Below are positions 27,488 through 38,716 of a stretch of DNA of 64,000 nt, one piece after another. Origin of the DNA: Acanthaster planci (taxonomy: Eukaryota); NCBI RefSeq assembly GCF_001949145.1, contig NW_019091356.1, positions 2,302,932 to 2,366,931 on the forward strand, given 5' to 3'. The notes under the pieces are model-generated. The model saw only the letters and a program-made list of their open reading frames with translations, searched no databases and had not been told where the DNA came from. The position numbers and the translations under genes were made by a program. The number at the start of each line of letters is the position of its first letter. Position 1 is the stretch's first letter.

Positions 27488-28326
27488 TTATGTTCATTGG
27501 CGGCGTGCTTCTTCAGAGCAAAATGCAGTTTCCTGTTTCTTCATTCTCTTCAACAATCAAGCGCATCCATACCGTATGTCTTGCTTGTTTTGCATTTTGT
27601 TGCTTTGTGACTTGAGCATTCCATTTCCATGCTTAAACTCCCCCGTGAAAACCCTGTCGGCTTTACATTGAAAGTACGAGATCGCACCATGGATTTATGT
27701 CGATATCCCTGCATAATTCACTCATAGTATTTAATACTAATGTGTAACTTGTGTATGCTACAAAAATAGTCTAATAATACAGTATATAGAATAGAATCCA
27801 AGAGAGTTACCACAGAAAGACCTGTACTTGCTTTGCATTATGGGAAAATTATCAACATACACACTGTAACATGTATTTCATTTGCACAAATCCTGTTTTG
27901 TGTTTTTACTAATGTCTGGATGTCCATGATCTAAGTTTGCTTTTATTAGAATAATGACAGGCTCATTTCCAGAGGCTTACAAATGCACCTGTTGCTGCGT
28001 TACTGATCCATGATCCATGTCAAAACGTAATTCTGTCTGCAGTGAGCTTCTTACGGGTCGTAATAGCTGTAAAACTCCCATGAAAATCTGAACAGTGGAG
28101 TTCCACTATTTTAGGGTTATGAAGTTACCTACTTCAGCCTGCTTTTGGGATGGCAGGTCCCATATTTTTTATAGCCATTGTTCATGCTTAGAGAGCATTT
28201 GGTTAATACGTGATCATAAAAAAGCATGGCTTGGATATCACAGTTGAATAAAAATGTGGAAGTAAGCTGGAAGAAATAGAGTTAGCTGCAACAAACTTTT
28301 TCTGCCGTTGTCATTCATTTTGCCAG

Positions 28327-28609
28327 GCGTTTTTATATTCGTCCGTCACTTAAAGGATATGAAGAAATTAAACCAGGCAATGAAGCAACTTCACAAGAAC
28401 TAGCCCCGCTGAACACCTCACGCACTGAACCCGTAACGGAAGCTTCTGCCATGATCGAAACGGAAACCAAGGGAAGTTTGTCCAAAGCGGCCAGTGAGGG
28501 CCGCGAGGGTGGTGCCACCGCCATGGACAGTGGAGAGACTATGGTAGGAGCAGGGAGCAAGACTGGGGACGTGAGCCCCGCAGTTGAAGCTAAACTCCAC
28601 CCTGCATAA
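28327..28609 (+). CDS. Alternative or additional terminal cytoplasmic exon of paralogue A (RFYIRPSLKGYEEIKPGNE...KLHPA*)
   Basis: Open 283-nt frame after acceptor ttttgccag| (phase 2, matches the TM-exon donor). A second acceptor at 28355 (phase 1) matches the internal donor CGCG|gtgagg at 25287. Acidic, small-residue tail with YEEI resembles the other paralogue tails. Confidence 0.6.
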
Positions 28610-29463
28610 TGGACAAATTTCAAGTCTGCTCCTCTCATTCAGACGTTGCTAAGTTGCCATGACTTTCAGACATTGCCACGAGGAATGCTCACAGGATTTG
28701 CAAATGTTGGCATTGTCTGCATGAGACGGCAACACAGCTAGACAGTGGAGGTGACAGTCCTGGGTTGGTGAGAGTTGATGTACATATAAGTGGAAAGTCC
28801 TCCGGAGCAAGGCCGCATCTGAAGTTGGTCAGTTGTCTAAGACTTTGGCTTTCATTGGAGTGCTGTGTAGTTCCAAGATTGCATTTTGTCTTGCATTGAA
28901 CAGTTTATTAAAATGCCCATTTTTATACCTACTTTTTTGACAGTTTGCTGAGAATTTTGAGACAAACATCAGCAGCCACTTGAAATCATAGTACATAGTT
29001 CAAACAGCTAAATTGACTTAAATCAATATCGTTTGCGAGGGAGCTGATTCTAACCCTGTCTGTCCAACCAATGGCAACGATTTTTCCTAAACAGATGGTT
29101 TCCATTTCCTGTTTGTTATCCCTTTGTGTATGTGTCAGAAATGTCACATTGATTATTTACACATTGCCGTTGTTCGGCACCACACGAGGATGAAAACTGA
29201 TTGCATGCAATTGTTCGCAACATGAGTTACATTCTGAGTCTTGTTTTGGCTTTTTTTTCCCTTTTTTTTTTAACGTAAAGTAGATATTTGGCACTTTCGA
29301 GTAGTGTCCTGTTGCACAAGCATGAAATGAAGTGGAAGATGGATCTTGTTTGTCTCTGGACATTATCTGAAGTGGGCTTGATTGAAGATGGGTTCAGTAG
29401 CAGAAGGGAGTATTAATTCTTGCCACCCTAACCCCCCCTCCCCGGGCACTTAAATACTAAAAA

Positions 29464-29478
29464 NNNNNNNNNNNNNNN
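29464..29478. other. Assembly gap (15 N)
   Basis: Run of n characters. Confidence 1.
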
Positions 29479-32400
29479 TTTCAAAATTTCATTTCCATTC
29501 TTTCTTCTAACGTGTTAAAAGCCCCCCCCCCCCCCGAAAGTAACCTTAACCTCCAGAAAAGCCATAAGAGGCAATACATTAATGAAGCAAAAATATTATT
29601 ATTGCACAAAAACAAAGGATTCAGAGAAATGATAAGAGATTGGTCAGTCCCAAATCTGTAAGCTTGTTTTCGTGCATCCTTCAAATGTGCATGATGTCAT
29701 CTTCTCTGTATAAGATGGGATGAAAGGATTGCAGTGAAAAACAAATTACAGAAAGATATACTTGCAGTTTTATAAAGATCTGTTGGCAATTGAATTCAAC
29801 TCTTTTCTTTCAGCTCTCCAAAATTTATTAAATCCTTAATCCTATGTTTGTCAGTTGAAGTTGTGTAAAATGGTTTGTAATAGTCATGTGATGCACTTCA
29901 AAAGTGGTGGTGAAATCGATGTTTAAATTAAAACAGGTGTAGTTTTTGACCCTGTGGGTCATGGAGGGGACATCTAAACACCTCTCCTCAGAAAAATTTA
30001 CTTGCTCATCTACTGAGACAGTTTATTGTCATTTTTTTGGAATGTTGACAAAGTTTCATTGTTTTTTAGTAGTGTTAGTCGGTGCTAAGCACGAGTCCAG
30101 GGCACATACATGTATATGAAGTATAGCAGCCTTGTGTGCTTTGCAACTATACACCTAGCTAACGATCATAGTATGAATGTCTTGAAAGGAGACAAGAAAG
30201 AAGATTTTTATGACTAGAATTCATGTAGGGAAGCTTTCTTGCAGCATTGTGGTAAAAGGAAAAAAAACTTCAAATTTTGGTTTTATGCACATTAAAATGT
30301 CCATATTTATGACTGCATGATGTCATCTATAGCTCTGTGTACATATATAGGTCACACTTTTCTGCATTTTTGGACTACGTTTCTCTTTTTACTCATTTAT
30401 CGCATTAAGGATCTTGTTTGAACAATAGTAATGGCCAATATTTCTTCAAAACCTTGTCGAGGGGTAATTGCAAAGGACAAATTTATTTTTGTACTTTTTT
30501 CTCGTGCTCTTGTGACAAGTAATGCTGTGTGTAACAACAGAGAATAGGGCCCTGTCAATGTATTGATGAAAGGATTTCCCAAGAATGGAAACAAATTCCC
30601 ACCTTCTTGACACTTTTCATGAAAAGAAGTATTTAGATCTTGTTTTGTTTTGTAACATAGTAATATGTCTGAAAGAAGTTCAGCTGAACTGAACTCTAAG
30701 GAGGGGCGGAGAAGCCCCCCCCCCAATGCCATTTGTTTTGTCATTATGTTTTTAATTGAGAGTGCCGGTTCTTTGAAAAAAAGTAGCACTGTACTTCCTT
30801 TCTTTAGGATTATTTGTACAATTTGGGGAATAATTTGTAGAGAAAAAAATCCCAGTTGCACTGCATACGCCATCGGCAATATTGGTAAAAAGGTAAGGAA
30901 TGCGTAGATGTAGAAATAGTTTTCATATATTAGACTGGTCGGTACTTGTCTTTATCATCATGGGCATCTGTTTAACTTGCAAGTTGAATCTGTTCTTTAA
31001 ATAATTATTGTGTTATAAAAAAATGTGCAATATTCTTTCTTTGTGCATGTGCCGACGCTGAGCCGGGATCCAAGATACCTTTCCATTAAAAAAGAATGCG
31101 TGCACGTGAAGCTAAGAATGTTTGATGTCATGGGTGACCTTTTCTCATTCTTTTTGCCTCAGAGTTTTAAAAAGCTTAGCAGAATGTTTCTGTTGGAACG
31201 GGCTCCTCACTATCAATGTTTCCTGTGTGTTGTCTTGTTCCACTTTTCTCGTGTCCTTTTTATTCACCTGCCAAAAAAATTAATAACAATAATAATGCAG
31301 GGGTGCGAGAATTCAGCTTTTTTAGCTGATTTCCGCTTTTTGGTTTATATGTTGACCTTGAATGTCAGCTTTTTTGTACACCTGGTCTGGGCAAAAGTAT
31401 TAGAACTTTTTACATTTCAGCTTTTTGGTAACTGTTTTTGGCTTTGATTTTAACAGGCCACTCACATCCCCGATAATGATAATCAATTACCACTTCGGCA
31501 AACTGCTCTTTGCCCAATTACTGTTGTGCAGTTTTGACTCCAACTTCCCTTTTTGGTATTGTTTTTATGTAGACCCTCCCGTTGTGATTAGGATTGGACA
31601 ACGAAAGTCATTTCTGATTCCCCCCCGGCAAATTTGCAATTTGTCGACTGTTTTGTGGCCTGTGAGGGCGCTGTTGAAGTAGTGGCCAACTAGATGCACC
31701 CGTACTGTCCCTGGAGTTTTCTAAATATCGGCTACGCCAGCGGTCGGCGCGGGCTACAGGTGCACGAATTTAGGCCCCTGAGTTAACGTCAGCCCAGTGG
31801 AGTTCAGCTTATTGCTATAGGAAGATCAATACGATTTCCAGCTTCAGGATACTTGCTACTGCGCCAGCAGTAAATATGTGAAACTCGTGGAACACCGAGA
31901 CGAACCGGATTGAGCAAAGCCACGATTTTAAAAAGGGCTGATGGCCTTTCATTTGTTTCTGGGCCGTAACTGCCGCCCTTCTTGCCAAGTGTCGGCAAAC
32001 GGGCGGCCGTGGCAACAACCCGATGCTGCCCGTAGTGATTTTCATTGGATCATACATGAGGCTTTACCAAAGTAGTTCTTACTTCAGATCCTGACCCCTT
32101 TCAAAATAGCAGGCATAAGATACCCATTGAAATGAATGAACTAGGGCGACTGTATCCCTCAACTGTACAGAAAAAAAGAGCCTCAAAGTCTAATTCATTT
32201 TTTTAATTCATAGTTTTGTACGAAGTTCGCTTATTTAAATATGGTACACCTGACCAAGAAACATAAGGTGCTAAATCTTGTTGCCGTACTTACAAATAAA
32301 AGAAAATGTCGACTTTGTCTTCACTGTTGAGTAAAATTATGCCGATTCATTACTGTTGACTTGACTCGGCATAAAAAAAATTGGCCCCATAAAAGGTTAG

Positions 32401-35012
32401 GTAGTCCCATATCAAGCTTGCCGTCTGTGTCATCGAAGTAGTTCATGGAACGAGAAACAAACAGGTGGAGAACTATATAAACTAGAATCTACCCACAGAC
32501 TGGAATAGCTCAAACTTGGCTGTTTTGCGGGTGTCCTTTTCGTGTGTATCTTGAACTTACGTCGAAACCATGATTCCGGAAGTAGCTCAAATAACTTCTC
32601 CCTATTTCTCACTGCATACTTCCAACCTGTGTTTCAGTCATGGCATTCATTCAATCTCATACACCCCCAAGCACCTATCACGCCATTTCGTATACCGAAT
32701 CAAATGTCTCCCGGGCCGAATGGTGTAAATTTGTGCCTGGCAGGAGTGGATGATGGGCATGACTCGAATTGCCAGTGAAATATTGACCAGCCACACAAAT
32801 TCGAAACTGAGCGGATGGGGTGTGGGTTGCTAGTCACCATACGAAACTGTAAAGGGTCAGTGTTCATGACACCGTAATGATGGACATCTTGTGCAGTCTT
32901 TTGCCCCTTACATCAACACCCGACGTGTACTTTATCGTGTTGGGTGCAGGGCCGCTATCCGTGCTAGATAATATCTTTAGTCCAAAGGCCTACATGAACT
33001 TTGAAACTGTCGGCGCGTCGGGCCTGGTACGGGGATTTCCCCCAATAAATATATGTATACAACTGATTATTGATTGCGCAACGGACAGTTATGGACGAGT
33101 TCTGTGTACGCATTAAAAAAAAAAAAGTAGTGAAGTCAGCAACGATAATGGTTTCGAGGCCAGCAGATGTGATCGGCAAATCAAACTGTCTTTAAAATAA
33201 CCCTTACAGCTTACTTCCCTCGTGTTTATATTGGTTCATCACATCTGCCTGTCCGTCGTCAGAGTGGATGGCTGAACTCCACATAGGCCTAATAATTCGA
33301 TTTTATTATTTCATGCCCATTTTTGGGGGGGTCATTACCGAAGTGTGACGAAGCCGGCACGTCACTATTAAAACCTAACATAATAGGCCCCTCTATGAAG
33401 AGATTATGGGGACAGTCTTTGTTGGAATCGAGGGCCATTCGGTGGCAGCTAGCATCCTGCAGTGCAGACACCATGAGGCCGTCCTCGCCTTAAGGGCGCA
33501 CTGCCCAATTCAAGGGGAATTCTTCAGCAGGATGAGGCGCTCAAAAAGTACCCGTACATTTTATTTGACAAAGAGGAGAATTTGTGGCCCAAGAATTTGT
33601 GGGATTGTGGAAGAATGGCCTAGAATGAACTTTCTAGATTCAAGGGCTCCCATTCTACGGCAAAGCATAAACAAATGCTACTGAAAAATTGTCCCAAGAG
33701 CCTAACAAGGTGGAGGGATGTCATTTGAAAAATGGCCGCAGACAGACTTGGGAACGTTCACTTTTTGGGAGGTGAGTTTTTTTTGGTGGATAATTTAAAA
33801 TTTCATCGGTTAACCTACTAAAAATTGAAAATCAATTGAGAGCTGAATGACCCCAGAACACTTTGTTTTTTTGTTTGAGAGGCCTGTGAGGGACTTCGGT
33901 TGCCCGCACCGGGGCTGCAAACGTGGTCGATTTTACATTGTCTTCAATTGGGCTTCAGTTTCAGTGCACCCCTAGGGGGTTATTAATGGGTTGTCGACAG
34001 TCAAAGGTTAAGCAGACCCACCCATGCAGGCCACAGGTCACGAGCACATGCCTCATGGTTGTGCATAATGCGCGCTACAGTCCCCAAATGTTGTTGTCCC
34101 CAGCGGTAGGCCTGCATACCTGCAATTGTTTTAAAGGAGGAAACACTTTCCACATAAAACATGAATCCTTTTTAAAAATGTTCTCCGAAGTTCAATACAG
34201 TCGCAGTCTTACCTAAATGGGGTCAGGGAGAAATACATGTGGATAGAAGGGTCGGCATCCTTGTACATTTACCAAATGTTGATTTGTGACGAATTCAAAT
34301 AAACTCGGTGAGGCAACATCACCTTAATTAAACTATTGGCTACTAATGGTTCTGTCAATAATCCAGAGCTACCAATATTTTAAATAGCAGTACATGCACT
34401 TTGGATTAATTTTTGGCCGATCAACAGGGTCACCCACATTGCATGCTCAATTTAGTGATATTGAAGTGCAGATTAGAGATAACCGGGGAACAACACGGCG
34501 TGTTGGATGTATTCTATTTAAGGGTGGGAGCTCTGAACTTGAAGACCCTTACGTGACTGATTCACATAGCTCCGTGATCACATGTTCGCGAGTAGCTCAC
34601 AAGAACATGAGTCTACGGTGGCGAGGAGCAGGAAAATACACCCGCAGGGATAGGTGAAGCTACAGCCATTTACCCGATGAGCCCTTTGAAGAAGATAACC
34701 AAGTGTGGGTGTAGTTTATGGTCCAGTTTAGTTTGCGTAGGATTAACAGAGATTTCACCATACAGCAAGGAAACCAAGTTTAAATCCAGTGAAAAATTGT
34801 GTTTTGTCTCTGGATTCGTTGACGAGCTGCCGTCATCGACCTAGCTCTAGCCGGTTTGGGAGCCAACCATCGATTAAAAGCGACTTTGAAGTAGTGTAGG
34901 CTCACCTCGTTCATGCCGGCTGCATCACGTTTGTGAAGAAACAACCTGAAAGATCTAGTCGTAATATCTATTAGCACACACGCATCCGCTTCCAAAAAAG
35001 ACAGAGGCAGAC

Positions 35013-36602
35013 ATGGCAGACAACACAATCTGCGTTTCTGCCCCTGCTGTGATCGAGGGTAGATGTTCGTGCCGCAGTTGCAACGTGAGCAACCCTGAGC
35101 CAAGATGGAAATTGCCGCCGCTGCTGCCCGATATTTCTGAGTACAGATGCATGCAATCGTATGGTATGTAAGACTCACTAATTTTTTTCTCCAACATCCT
35201 TTGCATTCAGGGATGGTTTAATTAAACGCGTGGAGATTAAATAGTTGGTGGGTGGATGACAGTAGTAAATAGATGAAAGTTCAGCAGATATGAGATGTCT
35301 TGCTAGTAGGATGGATGCGTGAATGAGTGATGGATTTGGGCCAAGCGAGGGTCAAAATTCGTAGAGATGTATTCGGAATACACAAGTCCTCTTTATCGGT
35401 TGGCCAGCGAGTTTGTTTTTCTTTTCGCTTTTTTAAATGTCAGGTAGAGTTATAGTTGTATTGCTAGTGAATTTGACAATTATCCAGTTATTGCATCTTT
35501 GTATATTCCTTAATTCATGACACGCTTCTTTCTTATTCTTCCATAATCAGTATATAAAAACATTACTCCGTGCTGCGCACCCATTCCCATTACCACGACC
35601 ACCGGAGTACCAAAGAGGACGACACCTGTCAGTGTCACTAGCCCGTTGACCAACCAGACTGATCATGGGACCATCACCTCATCAAGGTCCACACCCCCCG
35701 ATGTTTTGACCGCACTCCCGTCCTTCACTACACCCTTCGATGCAGGCCCTCCTTTGCTGTACCTACTGTCTCTTCTACTGATTCTTCCTGTTGCAGTCGC
35801 CATATACCTAATGCAAGTATTCTTAGGCAGTGGATAAACAATTGTGTTTGACTGATCGATCGTTGGAGTAATCAGTGATTGATCAATAAATCGGTCCCCT
35901 GGTCAATTTAATCAATCAGTCAATTCACCAAAAAATCAAGCAAGCAATCAATGTCACAGGAGATCAGTTTCATGTAGAAAATAAGTCCAGACAATCAATA
36001 AATATATCAAAATAACCTGATGATGTTCTAAAGAAAGTCTTCAACAAGTTTGTTTGGTTTAGAATATTCACTTTGTTAATGTTGAGTGTCATCCTTGGTG
36101 TTTGTTGGTTTATTGGTGCACATTTATGTTTCGTTTTCCTTTTCATGCACATAAGTTCCATCGTATGGCTCCATGTCTTTATTATGAAACAACAGTCACT
36201 TCCATACACGTCTCACATAGGCCCACTGGTATTATTTCATTTTATGCTAGTTGGCGATATTGCCAACCTAAGGAAAAACAAGATGACGATGATGCTGACA
36301 GCTCGTCGAACTCACAAGAATTGACGAAACCAGCCTGTGATGTTTCCTACGCAAACGAGAAGGCAGAACACACGATACCAGAGCCATCGATCCCAGCCAC
36401 TCCAGACCACTCGGTGCGCGCCACCCAAACTAACCAGTCTGGGAACGAGGATGAGGGCGGAAACGTCGGGCTCGGGGAAGAAAGTGAATCCATCCCTTGG
36501 GAGGAGGTTGTACAAATGGTGGATGTGCCTGCCGGGGAGACCACAGAATCGGATGAAGACGAAACAGGAGAAGAGGCCCAAGATGAGTCATCATGGCTGT
36601 AG
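35013..36602 (+). CDS. Paralogue B: uncharacterised single-pass membrane protein, 254 aa
   Basis: Exons 35013-35163 (MADNTICVSAPAVIEGRCSCRSCNVSNPEPRWKLPPLLPDISEYRCMQSY), 35551-35812 (YKNITPCCAP, Thr/Pro stalk, TM LLYLLSLLLILPVAVAIYLI; GC donor) and 36251-36602 (WRYCQPKEK...ESSWL*). Phases 1 and 2; upstream in-frame stop at 34962; exon 1 is clearly homologous to paralogue C. Confidence 0.8.
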
Positions 36603-38716
36603 TCAGCGTCGGATGGCTAGTTTGGAATTATCGAATAACCACGCTCTAGATTCTTTTTATCTGCTTCCCCGGCTCCAAAATGGCTTCACAACGTAACTCC
36701 GCATCTCTTCACACAAGTTAAATTGTCCCCCAAAGGTTGGGTTGGTCAGGGCGCGCATAAGATGCCTATCGTTGCCTCCTTTTCTTCAGCTGTGGATCCA
36801 TTTATTTTTACAAATGTAATCTAAGATTATCACTGTATGAATTTTTACATGGCCTTTTACATGACTCTCGTCAGAATTCTTATGATTTAATTATGAATGA
36901 TGAATAAGGTAATGTGCTGTGTTCATGCGATTTCATTTTCTTATACGCATGTTTGTGTGCACTGTGTACTCCTCTGCTACGTTTAAAAACCATTCGGCAT
37001 CCCTGTCTGTTAACTGTTTTGAAAGATGCACGTAATAAACAGTTGCGCTTTCCGGACAACAGAGGGTGCTGTTACTTTGATCTCACAAGGAAAGACACTG
37101 TTCATTTTATAGGATTTTCTTTTCAAATCTTCACACCAAATTGTGCTTAAAGAAAACATTTCTAATAAAGGGTTTGGGTTATTGCTGTGCACTCGGACAA
37201 CAATGAAGCATCAAAGACAAGGAAATGCAGGCCATTAAACAAAATACTAAATTTTCTAGCATTTTTCTTTTGTGTACAGATTAATGGTACAGATTAATGT
37301 AACATTGTGGTTTTCTTCACAGAATGACATCACGGTTTGGCTCGCAAATATGGTAATATTAGAATAGAACAAAAAAGGACAAAACACCCTTTAAAATAGC
37401 AAAACAAAAATATTGAAACAAGGTTTACTGACATTCGAAGGTGCATTCTTGGGGGTTGTATTTAATTTAAAAAAACCTGCACAGACCCTTTAAATATTAC
37501 TGACATCTTTTAGCCCCTGTATTGTTTATAGTACTTTTATTAATCAGTAATTACTGTCGGGGTTTTGACACTCGACAAGCTTTGCTCTTTGTATAGCTGC
37601 ATGTCAGTCTTTGCTTCTTAAAAATCTTTGGAATCTCCGTGTTTATTAGCGAACTAAACAAAATGTGTTGATTGGTTGGTTTCTGCTGACTGTATTGGAA
37701 GCATTGTTCGGTTGAGATTAAAATCTATAAGTGAACCAAGAATGGCGATACCTTCCATCCAGTGCATGATGTGAATTGTTTGCACGAAACATGTAAATAT
37801 TTCTAAAATTATTTTCATGGAGGCTGCGAAGGGTGAAATTGCAGTAGTCGCATTGCACCCGTCAATGACAAAAAATTCACTTTCGTAATTGTTTTCATTC
37901 CGGAGATCTGTATAAAGTTAAGCCGTGTGTGAAATGTTACAACCTATTGAAAATGCGATATATAGGCCTAAGAAATTTTTAAAATAAAACAGGATAGACC
38001 TTCCAAAGTATACAAATGTACGTAGAGGTGGATCTTTTCCAAAGTTGTATTTTCGTCTGTGCACATGTTCACAAGACAAGGGAAGTCGACCGTTCTCGTC
38101 CTACTTCTGACACCCACCGCGTCATTCAATGGGCCCACCTCGGCCGAGGCAGGTTTAACAACAACAGATGCTTGTCGCTGACGTTGTAATGCCTCAGTCA
38201 TTTTTTCTTGAACACTGAAATCGGTTCCGTTCCCGCAATGAGCCGTATTCTACGATGTGGATGAACATGTCGAGCAAGGAAATCACCTTTCTGCTGGGAA
38301 CATGAAAGTAATCAAGGTTTCACCACTTCTGTCTGTCTGCGTCTTCCACTCAATTGATTGAGTTGTAACTTCTACAAAAATGTAACCCTGAACCTGTTGG
38401 TATGTCTGCCGGCAAACAGCATGAATACTACATGCAGGCCTATAATTGTCGCTAACAATGCCCAACAAATAGTCTATTTTGGTCGTCCTGGGTTTGAATC
38501 TGTGAAGTTCTTCCGCCATTATGAGCCACCAAGGCGGAAGTAGAAACATTGTGCACATCCCATGCGATTATTGCTGTTACTGCCGGACTGCGCTTGCAGG
38601 AGGAAACAAAGAGCGGTACACGCATACGTGAGGTCTATAGGCTCCGTGTTTCCGAGTCGATCTGGGGAGGCCTACCTTCTTCTAAGAGCATCCGACGGGG
38701 GGAAGTAGTAACAACC

